The notes under the pieces were generated by a model. The model saw nothing but the letters and a program-made list of their open reading frames with translations, was not told the DNA's origin and made no database searches. This document shows, one piece after another, positions 25,701-35,800 of a stretch of 64,000 bases of DNA; positions within the stretch are counted from its first letter, which is position 1, and every line of letters begins with the position of its first letter. The translations under genes and the position numbers were made by a program. The DNA is from Macrostomum lignano (taxonomy: Eukaryota), in NCBI GenBank assembly GCA_002269645.1, contig NIVC01002179.1, forward strand, positions 1 through 64,000, written 5' to 3'.

Positions 25701-27698
25701 AGCATTGCGTAATAAGAGTATTGCTACGAGTTAGTTCATCGACCAAGCCAAGTACATTATTACCGCGCAGAGCGTACACTACAGTTTTGAACCCTGGCTG
25801 AAAACCGGAAGTGACTAAGGAGCAGGCATAGGTATCGGCCTACTTGCCCTCTCTCTCTCTCTCTTGCAGTACCGCGGCCAGCCGATCGAAGGCCACGAGA
25901 CGGCGGAGCGGCACGTTGAGACAGTTTGGCGCACCGTAGTCCGTCGCGCTCCCCAGCGTCACGTGTTTGTCATCTGTCACGGCCACGGCGGAGTGGCGTT
26001 CACCCACCAGTTGCAGCTGTGGGAGCCGAGTGATCCTAGCCAAGGCGACGATCGTCAGCTGTGGGAGACGCGTCGGCGAGAGTTCATCGCCGATCTGCGC
26101 GATCGAGTGCCTGGCGTTGCGTTTTGCGACTCGTATTTCTGCTTGCCAATGCAGGGCATCGACGATCCTGAGGTTATTGATTATTTTCGGAAGCGCTCGC
26201 GCAACTGGGTCAGCTCTGACCAGCCGCTTGACCAGCCTATCGATACGGGATCGGTGAGTGTGGGGTAGCCACTCAACCGGAAATAAGGGTGGGGTTTATT
26301 TTCTTAACCGGAAGTGAGTGTGGGGTAGCCACTCAACCGGAAATAAGGGTGGGGTTTAGTTTCTTACCGGAAGTGAGAGTGGGAGTAGCCACTCAACCGG
26401 AAATAATAGTGGGGATTAGTTTCTTAACCGGTAGGGAGAGTAGGAGTAGCCACTCACCCGGAAATAAGGCTAGTGATTAGTTTCCTAACCGGAAGTGAGA
26501 GTGGGAGTAGCCACTCAGCCGGAAAAAATAGTGGGGATTAGTTTCTTAACCGGAAGTGAGTGGGAGTAGCCACTCACCGGAAATAAGGCTGGGGATTAGT
26601 TTCTTATAACCGAAAGTAAGAGTGGGAGTAGCCACTCACCGGAAATAAGGCTGGGGATTAGTTTCTTATAACCGGAAGTAAGAGTGGGAGTAGCCACTCA
26701 CCGGAAATAAGGCTGGGGATTAGTTTCTTATAACCGGAAGTAAGAGTGGGAGTAGCCACTCAACCGGAAATAAGGCTGGGGATTAGTTTCTTATAACCGG
26801 AAGTAAGAGTGGGAGTAGCCACTCACCGGAAATAAGGGTGGGGATTAGTTTCTTATAACCGGAAGTGAGAGTGGGAGTAGCCACTCACCGGAAATAAGGC
26901 TGGGGATTAGTTTCTTATAACCGGAAGTAAGAGTGGGAGTAGCCACTCACCGGAAATAAGGCTGGGGATTAGTTTCTTATAACCGGAAGTAAGAGTGGGA
27001 GTAGCCACTCACCGGAAATAAGGGTGGGGATTAGTTTCTTATAACCGGAAGTAAGAGTGGGAGTAGCCAGTCACCGGAAATAAGGCTGGGGATTAGTTTC
27101 TTATAACCGGAAGTAAGAGTGGGAGTAGCCACTCACCGGAAATAAGGCTGGGGATTAGTTTCTTAACCGAAATTGAGTGGGAGTAGCCACTCAACCGGAA
27201 ATAATAGTGGGGATTAGTTTTTTAATCGAAATTGAGAGTGGGAGTAACCACAACCAGAATTAAGGCTAGGGATTAGTTTCCTAACCGGAAGTGAGAGTGA
27301 GAGTAGCCACTCAACCGGAAATAAAGGTGGGGATTAGTTTCTTATAACCGGAAGTGAGAGTGGGAGTAGCCACTCACCCAGAATTAAGGCTGGGGATTAG
27401 ATTCTAAACCGGATGTGCACATAAGGGTAGGATAACCGGAATTAAGAGAACCTTCTCCTCCGCGCCCCAGCTGACCAACTGGGGTCAGGCAGTCCAGGAC
27501 ACGCCGAAAGTGTCCGCCGGCACTCCCGCTCACGAGCGGATACCCGCCAACGCCATGGTCTCCGTGTTCCGCTGGCTGTTCTCCATGTGCGACCGGAAGC
27601 AGCGCTTGAGACCGGAAACAATGTCCAGCATGGAGCAGGCTCTGCTGGCGGCTGAGAAACAGATGCAGTCTGCCGCCGCTGCTGACTCGGACACCTGA
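19704..27698 (+). CDS. FAM172A: FAM172A/ARB2A family protein (Arb2-like alpha/beta fold), 4 exons
   Basis: Exons 19704-19927, 20016-20388, 25870-26253, 27471-27698, GT-AG and phase-compatible. Motifs: TLADLDFTFDANGRL…FEFNY; [83 protein letters not shown]. Confidence 0.93.
20460..21080. repeat. 42-bp minisatellite containing AACCGGAAGTG, FAM172A intron 2
   Basis: About 15 copies of AAAATAACCGGAAGTGAATAAAGTTTAGTAGCTCTAATTACT. Confidence 0.95.
21506..24355 (-). CDS. Gypsy pol (RT-RNaseH-integrase), in frame with the protease behind a TAG
   Basis: RT: FSELDIAKAFYQI, WIHDDIIVYG. RNase H: IVDAGPAGLG, EKEALA, TDHKPL. Integrase: H-x3-H…CRAC, DLLGP, DNGPPF, GITERLNR. Confidence 0.95.
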   Translation of the reverse strand: MLRVGPENKVACQLRPSPEVSLDSMLTGIPKDVLHAPGAPALHELLTENAQVFSGIGRLKNYAARIFLEEGARPICHPPSRVPIHLAQAVDAELQCLEDQGIIEPVEGPCPWVARIVVVPKQTPGEIRITQDLRDLNKSVIRERHPIPTFEEVTGDMAGAQLFSELDIAKAFYQIPVADECRHLLTFSTPRGLRRLTRLCMGLSTAQEILQAVMSSVLAGLPKVKWIHDDIIVYGHSVAEHHSNLQACLRRLAQHGLTLNPLKCKLARTEVTFMGMQLSSEGVRPTQSKLEAIHAFAEPKTATEVRSFLGLVNYLASFTPGLADVARPLRNLTRKGEPWAWTDLEKRAFDDVKTRIATSGTLAFFNHRLATQLIVDAGPAGLGAILTQTQADGTNRPVAYASRTLSDVEQRYSQTEKEALAVKYGCLKFQYYLHGAPTFTVVTDHKPLIALFSSGSRPPPRIERMALRIQHMKFTVEYQPGPLNPADVLSRQPLPTRGRNVGEELDTLCIAAIVQAAIPNALSLSSVQESSLQDATIQAAIRSLETGRWSLESAETRSLHALRNELSAADGVLLRGQRIVVPMALRRLVLDLAHRGHQCLRKTVDRLSTKVWWPRMQTEAELFVRACRACAATSHAADVTAAPLKPTPIPKAAWLTLGADLLGPIQGSMLLVCVDHYSRFPEVEIVQTTTAEALIPKLRNSFARFGIPQVLVTDNGPPFSSAQFKGFLDSYGIRQRLITPLHPQANGITERLNRSINEVVRAAIAQKRDWRAALDEWLLAYRCTPQRTTNRAPAELLLGRVPNDAIPSIRPSRPVAIADRRLRQQDASSKAKGKRYTDKRRQARPHGLKVGDTVLRRRLNPLKGETPFEWTPWLVESVKGDSMTIRQGARVCRRHCTDLKRVAPDAEPDFPVGETAPPILQAAGSEPATPPIALRPHPREAKVKVNYRV
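24356..25539 (-). CDS. Gypsy gag-protease, with a one-base frameshift near 25325 and a TAG at 24356-24358
   Basis: Gag N-terminus MAQALQLAAP…RWKTWTRRF. Continues in the -1 frame as ESAEELIKKLQGIF. Zn knuckles CDRCGRPGHQTC and CRRCGKMGHFARAC. Aspartic protease LIDSGA. Confidence 0.9.
26254..27410. repeat. ~62-bp minisatellite starting at the exon 3 donor, FAM172A intron 3
   Basis: GGGAGTAGCCACTCACCGGAAATAAGGCTGGGGATTAGTTTCTTATAACCGGAAGTAAGAGT units. Confidence 0.95.
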
Positions 27699-27709
27699 CC
27701 GGAGCTTTT

Positions 27710-30700
27710 GTGCACACCACCTGAACTGTCTGTCCTGTCTCTACCTGCCTCTGTCTCTACCGTGTCTCTACCTGCCTCTGTCTCTACCTTGTTTCTATCC
27801 GCCTCTATCTCTACCTGTCTCTATCTGCCTCTATCTCTACCTTGTTTCTATCCGCCTCTATCTCTACCTGTCTCTATCTGCCTCTATCTCTACCTTGTTT
27901 CTACCTGCCTCTATCTCTACCTTGTTTCTATCCGCCTCTATCTCTACCTGTCTCTACCTGCCTCTATCTCTACCTTGTTTCTATCCGCCTCTATCTCTAC
28001 CTGTCTCTACCTGCCTCTATCTCTACCTTGTTTCTATCCGCCTCTATCTCTACCTGTCTCTATCTGCCTCTATCTCTACCTTGTTTCTATCCGCCTCTAT
28101 CTCTACCTGTCTCTATCTGCCTCTATCTCTACCTTGTTTCTATCCGCCTCTATCTCTACCTGTCTCTATCTGCCTCTTTATCTGCCTGTCTCTATCCGCC
28201 TCTATCTCTACCGTGTCTCTATCCGCCTCTATCTCTGCCCTGTCTCTATCCACCTCTTACCTCTACCGTGTCTCTATCCACCTCTATCTCTACCCTGTCT
28301 CTATCTGCCTCTATCTCTACCTGTCTCTATCCGCCTCTATCTCTACCTGTCTCTATCTGCCTCTATCTCTACCTGTCTCTATCTGCCTCTATATCTGCCT
28401 GTCTCTATCCGCCTCTATCTCTACCGTGTCTCTATCCGCCTCTATCTCTGCCCTGTCTCTATCCACCTCTTACCTCTACCGTGTCTCTATCCACCTCTAT
28501 CTCTACCCTGTCTCTATCTGCCTCTATCTCTACCTGTCTCTATCTGCCTCTATATCTGCCTGTCTCTATCCGCCTCTATTTCTACCGTGTCTTTATCTGC
28601 CTCTATCTCTACCTTGTTTCTATCCGCCTCTATCTCTACCTGTCTCTATCTGCCTCTATCTCTACCTTGTTTCTATCCGCCTCTATCTCTACCTTGTTTC
28701 TATCCGCCTCTATCTCTACCGTGTCTCTATCTGCCTCTATCTCTACCTTGTTTCTACCTGCCTCTATCTCTACCTTGTTTCTATCCGCCTCTATCTCTAC
28801 CGTGTCTCTATCTGCCTCTATCTCTACCCTGTCTCTATCCACCTCTATCTGAACCCTGTCTATCCGCCTCTATCTCTACCCTGTTTCTATCCACCTCTAT
28901 CTGAACCCTGTCTATCTGCCTCTATCTCTACCCTGTCTCTATCCACCTCTATCTGAACCCTGTCTATCCGCCTCTATCTCTACCCTGTTTCTATCCACCT
29001 CTATCTGAACCCTGTCTATCCGCCTCTATCTCTGCCCTGTCTCTATCCACCTCTATCTGAACCCTGTCTATCCGCCTCTATCTCTACCGTGTCTCTATCT
29101 GCCTCTATCTCTACCTTGTTTCTACCTGCCTCTATCTCTACCTTGTTTCTATCCGCCTCTATCTCTACCTGTCTCTACCTGCCTCTATCTCTACCTTGTT
29201 TCTATCCGCCTCTATCTCTACCTGTCTCTACCTGCCTCTATCTCTACCTTGTTTCTATCCGCCTCTATCTCTACCTGTCTCTATCTGCCTCTATCTCTAC
29301 CTTGTTTCTATCCGCCTCTATCTCTACCTGTCTCTATCTGCCTCTATCTCTACCTTGTTTCTATCCGCCTCTATCTCTACCTGTCTCTATCTGCCTCTTT
29401 ATCTGCCTGTCTCTATCCGCCTCTATCTCTACCGTGTCTCTATCCGCCTCTATCTCTGCCCTGTCTCTATCCACCTCTTACCTCTACCGTGTCTCTATCC
29501 ACCTCTATCTCTACCCTGTCTCTATCTGCCTCTATCTCTACCTGTCTCTATCCGCCTCTATCTCTACCTGTCTCTATCTGCCTCTATCTCTACCTGTCTC
29601 TATCTGCCTCTATATCTGCCTGTCTCTATCCGCCTCTATCTCTACCGTGTCTCTATCCGCCTCTATCTCTGCCCTGTCTCTATCCACCTCTTACCTCTAC
29701 CGTGTCTCTATCCACCTCTATCTCTACCCTGTCTCTATCTGCCTCTATCTCTACCTGTCTCTATCTGCCTCTATATCTGCCTGTCTCTATCCGCCTCTAT
29801 TTCTACCGTGTCTTTATCTGCCTCTATCTCTACCTTGTTTCTATCCGCCTCTATCTCTACCTGTCTCTATCTGCCTCTATCTCTACCTTGTTTCTATCCG
29901 CCTCTATCTCTACCTTGTTTCTATCCGCCTCTATCTCTACCGTGTCTCTATCTGCCTCTATCTCTACCTTGTTTCTACCTGCCTCTGTCTCTACCTTGTT
30001 TCTATCCGCCTCTATCTCTACCGTGTCTCTATCTGCCTCTATCTCTACCCTGTCTCTATCCACCTCTATCTGAACCCTGTCTATCCGCCTCTATCTCTAC
30101 CCTGTTTCTATCCACCTCTATCTGAACCCTGTCTATCTGCCTCTATCTCTACCCTGTCTCTATCCACCTCTATCTGAACCCTGTCTATCCGCCTCTATCT
30201 CTACCCTGTTTCTATCCACCTCTATCTGAACCCTGTCTATCCGCCTCTATCTCTGCCCTGTCTCTATCCACCTCTATCTGAACCCTGTCTATCCGCCTCT
30301 ATCTCTACCGTGTCTCTATCTGCCTCTATCTCTACCCTGTCTCTATCCACCTCTATCTGAACCCTGTCTATCTGCCTCTATCTCTACCCTGTTTCTACCC
30401 ACCTCTATCTGAACCCTGTCTATCTGCCTCTATCTCTACCCTGTCTCTATCCACCTCTATCTGAACCCTGTCTATCCGCCTCTATCTCTACCCTGTTTCT
30501 ATCCACCTCTATCTGAACCCTGTCTATCCGCCTCTATCTCTACCCTGTTTCTATCCACCTCTATCTGAACCCTGTCTATCCGCCTCTATCTCTACCCTGT
30601 TTCTATCCACCTCTATCTGAACCCTGTCTATCTGCCTCTATCTCTACCCTGTCTCTATCCACCTCTATCTGAACCCTGTCTATCCGCCTCTATCTCTGCC

Positions 30701-31320
30701 CTGTCTCTATCCACCTCTATCTGAACCCTGTCTATCCGCCTCTATCTCTACCGTGTCTCTATCTGCCTCTATCTCTACCCTGTCTCTATCCACCTCTATC
30801 TGAACCCTGTCTATCCGCCTCTATCTCTACCCTGTTTCTACCCACCTCTATCTGAACCCTGTCTATCTGCCTCTATCTCTACCCTGTCTCTATCCACCTC
30901 TATCTGAACCCTGTCTATCCGCCTCTATCTCTACCCTGTTTCTATCCACCTCTATCTGAACCCTGTCTATCTGCCTCTATCTCTACCCTGTCTCTATCCA
31001 CCTCTATCTGAACCCTGTCTATCCGCCTCTATCTCTACCCTGTTTCTATCCACCTCTATCTGAACCCTGTCTATCTGCCTCTATCTCTACCCTGTCTCTA
31101 TCCACCTCTATCTGAACCCTGTCTATCCGCCTCTATCTCTGCCCTGTTTCTATCCACCTCTATCTGAACCCTGTCTATCTGCCTCTATCTCTACCCTGTC
31201 TCTATCCACCTCTATCTGAACCCTGTCTATCCGCCTCTATCTCTGCCCTGTCTCTATCCACCTCTATCTGAACCCTGTCTATCCGCCTCTATCTCTACCC
31301 TGTTTCTCTATCTTTATCCG
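27710..31320. repeat. C/T-rich ~19-21-bp minisatellite with a 1221-bp higher-order duplication
   Basis: CTCTATCTCTACCTTGTTTCTATCCGC-type units. ORF-track features recur at an offset of 1221 (28636/29857; ends 28956/30177). Confidence 0.95.
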
Positions 31321-31593
31321 CCTGTATATGGCCATGTTTATATAGGCGTCCTTTTAACGTTCAGTTTTTTACATTAATAAGCCATTCATTATATATTTGC
31401 TATGTTAATCGCATTTCCATGGATAATAGCTAACTAATGTGTAGTTTATTTGTGTTTGTAAATAAATATTTCGTATTCATCTTCAGTTATAGAAAGTGCA
31501 CATTCAATTTTTACTATGTATTTGTCAAAATTTTTATTTAGTTTTTTTGATATCGGGTTTAGCCATAGACTAAAGAATATATGAGCCTAAAAC

Positions 31594-31958
31594 CATAGAT
31601 CTTATATTCCCTAGATACGCCACTCAGCGACCACAAGCACACCCATAGAGCCTTTGTATTTCTTGAAAGAATTTAGCGACCACGGTATCAGGTAGCTTGT
31701 GCGCGTATTAAGGTAGCCCCGAATTCAGCGCTATTTTGCCAATTTGTTTGATAGCAAAGAGCAAGGAAGCAAGGACTGTGTCTGTTGCCAATATTTTTGC
31801 AACCATGACAACAGTATGTCTATGTCTCTTTAAGCTACTGACCTCAGACTTGTCTCAAACGCTGTCGGCTTAATTAAATTTTTCTTGCAATTTGCGTGGT
31901 CGGTCTTTTGCTATTGAATGCACTGAGAGTGGCCTATCTAGGGAATATAAGATCTATG
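31594..31958. mobile_element. 365-bp P-superfamily-like MITE
   Basis: Perfect 24-bp TIRs CATAGATCTTATATTCCCTAGATA / TATCTAGGGAATATAAGATCTATG. Perfect 8-bp TSD CCTAAAAC (31586-31593, 31959-31966). Confidence 0.88.
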
Positions 31959-32459
31959 CCTAAAACTGCTGGCAATATAACATTAACATAGAATTTTGCA
32001 TGTCAATAACATTGTCATTAACTTAATCAATGCAAGAAATTTGCGGGTAACCGTGTGGAAATTCGCGGGCGCTTTGTTAGAGATAGGCAGAAAGTTGAGA
32101 AAGTCTATGGTCGAAGGCTATTTTTTTCGGTGGATGGGCAAATCTTTGTGCCATAGACTAAACACTCGGATTAATGGAGAGGACGGGGCTATGGAGCCGC
32201 GTTTTGAAGCAACGATTCTAGAAAGTTCTGTCTGTCTAATCAACTATTGACTAAGAATTTTGAACTATGCGAATCTGCCCGACCAACTTATCAGCGGTCT
32301 GTCAACAGAGGAGTTGAATTGGGTGTCGTCAGAGTCAGCAACCCGCTATTTGGAAGAATTGAGTGGCGAGTTCGCTTGACAGCTAAACGCTGAAGAGATT
32401 CAGGACCTAAGCGAAGATGTGCTTGAGGAACTTTAAGAAATTGAACGAGAAGGAATCCG

Positions 32460-32861
32460 GAATCAGTGAGACAAGGGCTATTGAAACCAAGTATGGAAAA
32501 CGGCAATAAGAGCCGGCTGCAATCGTCGTGAACTTCAACGGGGCCTTCCAGAATTGCACGTTTAATCTAACTGGAGTTGTTAAGCAGTAGCTTGGAAAAA
32601 GTAAAACGTCGTTTGATTGAATGAACTAAACTAACAAGCCGAAAATTGTTGCGTTACTGATACGAAATTATAAAAGTGCGAAAGCGTAAAAGAAAAAATA
32701 ATAATCCTATAAAAGTATAATTTCTTTTAAAATATAAAAGCATACTTGGTTGGAACTTGTTTCACCATAGACTACGAAAATTCGCGACGAAATTTCATTC
32801 TTATTTGAGCCATCGTGCAGGAATTAAATATTCATTGATACCCCGAAAAGGGACACTTGAG
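32460..32861 (+). repeat. 402-bp direct repeat, copy 1
   Basis: Identical by eye to 36364-36765, with a constant offset of 3904. Confidence 0.95.
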
Positions 32862-35800
32862 CACAGATACTAAATACCATAGATGGTTCACTCGACTATA
32901 TTTAGCAAAACTACTCTCTGTTCGGTAGTATGATCGTAAAAAGCTATATTTATTTATTCAACTGCATGTAGCAGTGAATAATTAAGCTAAAACATTGATT
33001 ATTGACGTTGTCTACACAATCGTAAGTCAAACTTTAATGCTACATTGCTACTGGTATACTCAGTAATTATTTTTATTTATTTAGCAAGCAAGCAACATTT
33101 TTGTGCATTGCAAGTGAGAAAAAAGAACAAAACGGGGTAATATTTATAATACAGTGAAATTAAAATTACCGTAGAATAAAAGGATGCGACTATAAAGTTC
33201 TTAAGTTATACTAGTGTAACAAAGTTAGTGTAGTTTGCGAATTTTCCCCATAGTTTTCTTTTTTTGGGCCACTGCACGCAGGTTCTTCATTTCACGTCGG
33301 CACCAATGGTGCAGCCGTAGGTGAGCAAAATTTTTAAAAACCTGATTATGCACCCGCGTGTGATGCAGCTCGCAGGCAGGCAGTGCTACTAATTGTTCCC
33401 GGAGGTGGTTAACAAACCGAGCTGCCACACGAGGCTGGATTATGAAGCTGGATGTCAGGGCTGCGAACTCGGCTTCCATCTTCATAAATGCAACAAGCGC
33501 CACCGGCGAGGGCGCAGTCAACCCGCGGAATGCATGCGAGTAGGTCTTGTGCTGGATGTGAACCCCTGCAGATTCGGATGCTGTAAGCAAAGAGTTGCAC
33601 ACCTGACAGTGAAGAACTCGGCTTCGCTTTAGCACATATCCGCCAACGTACTCAGCAGCTTCCAGCGAGACATTGCTTGCGCCCTGCCAGGAGTCCAGTT
33701 TTTTTTGGAGCAGCTGCTGCTGTGGTGCCTGGCATACAACACTGCTTGAGTTCTGTGGACCCGCTTTGGTAGTCACACAGTCTCCGGCACCGGTGGGGGC
33801 GCAGGCTGCTATGATGGCAGCCTCACAGTTGTCGTCTTCGCAGTTGCGAGACGTCGAGTCAGGCTGGGCCAGGCCGCTGGTAGCCACGGACCGCAGGGCA
33901 CCGACGAAGGAGCTGAGCTCTGGTCTGTCGTTAAAACCGTTGTGCCCGCGGATGATGCAGAAAAGGTTCTGAAGAGGAGAATTGTACGATGCCCTTTGTT
34001 TCATCAATGCAAATTCTTGTACATTGCTGAACCACTAATTAGGGTGAAGTAATCTTTAAATATTTAATTATGGAAATATAGTCCCGCTTTTAATAAATTT
34101 TGTGAACTTACCTCAACGTGATCTTGAGTAAATCGGCGAGTACACACGTAGTCAAAGTGGTGGTCCCGAATGAGAGTAGTGCACAGCTGCTTGGTAGCAG
34201 AAAGCGATAGGAGCCACCCTTCTTTGAATGGCATCGTAGGCTTAACAGCGCGCCCATTCAGTGGGAGAAAGCGCCAGCTCCGCACGAAGTCTTCCGCCTC
34301 TGTCAGACGGTCGATCTGCGCCGATAGAGTATCGCGATGAATCGGCTGCTGGAAGCCTTTGCCATAGAGATGCGCTGAGTTCAGCATGTCGAAAATGTCA
34401 TTCAGACGCTTCGCAAATTCAGCTGTCTGCAACGCATCCTCAGATAACTCATTATGATGGACCAAAGTCCTGATACCACTTGCAACAGAATGGCTTAACA
34501 CTTGTGCTGCGAGCGATACTTTCATCTTCTGACCCAGAGCTAAGCTGAAATGAGCGTCGGTGAGCTTGCTTGCTAATCGGAGAGATGGGCCGCTGTCGTT
34601 CTGATAAAACTGGATGAGATGCTGCCACTTAGCTAGCTTGCACTCGTTGAATTTGATGTCGTTCTTCATCAGGGCGTTTCTAGTATTTTTTAGGCAATGT
34701 GGGATGTCCACGATGACGTAGACTGGCTCACCGGTTACAGGGTGACGTAAAAAAGGATTTGCAGTGTCAGCCCGTCTGGAAAGGTGAGCCCACTGGGTTG
34801 ACTCTTGATCCGCAACCAGTGCAACGACCTTAATCCCGGCCATGTGGCTAGCTGTCAGGCACTCATCAATAGCTATCCCGAATCCTTCTTGGCCAAGAGT
34901 TCGAAAAACAGGATAATATGCGATTGGTTGTTTCCAGTCCTGAAAGACTCCTCGAAGCACAGCGACGATGGCCTCGTTTACAGGTCTGGGCAACTGCTCC
35001 TTGCTGTCATCAGCGGTTCGTGGATCGCAGCCCACCACCACGTCACGATGTTGCTGGTAGCGCAGGCTGGGTGTGAGACTCATTCCATCGAAGCAAAGGG
35101 TAGCAATCCGCTGCTGATTTGTCGATGATGCATCAAACTTGGACTGCAAGGATCGTATCGTCAAGTTGCAAATCCCAGGCAATACGAAATACTGTCGAAT
35201 TCGCCGCCTAATTGTCGAACTTGATGGTAGCGGAATTTTCCACTTATTGCGGACCAGTCGGTAAGCTGACGAGCCTTTGTGATGCAGCTGAATTGAGCAC
35301 GCAATGTCTTTTTTGGTCCAGCACATGCCGCGACTGCGAACATCACGCCTGATCTTCTGCTGCATCAGACGAGTAGCTATTGAGCTGCTGCTACCCGACT
35401 GGACTGCTTTTGCTTTTTCTATTCGCGCTTGCATCTGTCGGATGGTGGTTTTTTGGCGGCGAACTTTGCTGCGCAGCTGAGCGATGATGTTATTGCTTCG
35501 TTGTTCAGCATGACCTTGGTTGGTTGGGCTGTTGGCTGTTGGCATTGTCTGCTGCTCTTCGGCCTGTGGCGGCTCACCATCGGTGCTGTTGAATGGCTGC
35601 AGTTCAGGTGGATAGAGATTGTCAGCCTCTTCGTCACTGCGAAAAACCAAATGTGTCAGGTCATGTGCAATGAGGCGGGTAGAGTCAGCTCCCTGTCTGG
35701 AACGGCATTCCATCGCAAACGTGTGGTATATTCATGTCGCAGAGAAGGACAGCTGTAATCATTGTCAGTAAAATGCACACTGCACACTCGCAATCCCATC

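Larger units (their letters stand above)
21102..25783 (-). mobile_element. Full-length Ty3/Gypsy LTR retrotransposon (Mag-like), 4682 bp, in FAM172A intron 2
   Basis: LTRs 21102-21276 and 25609-25783 (175 bp, TG…CA, identical by eye). 5-bp TSD GTTTT (21097-21101, 25784-25788). PBS TGGCGTCGCAAGC abuts the 5' LTR (25596-25608). PPT TGAGGAGAGA (21277-21286). TATAAATA in each LTR. Confidence 0.97.

Noticed and set aside
26254-27410. Regularly spaced repeats superficially like CRISPR arrays (also 37285-38150 and 54240-55190)
   Set aside because: There are no unique spacers and no cas genes, and the context is eukaryotic and intronic.
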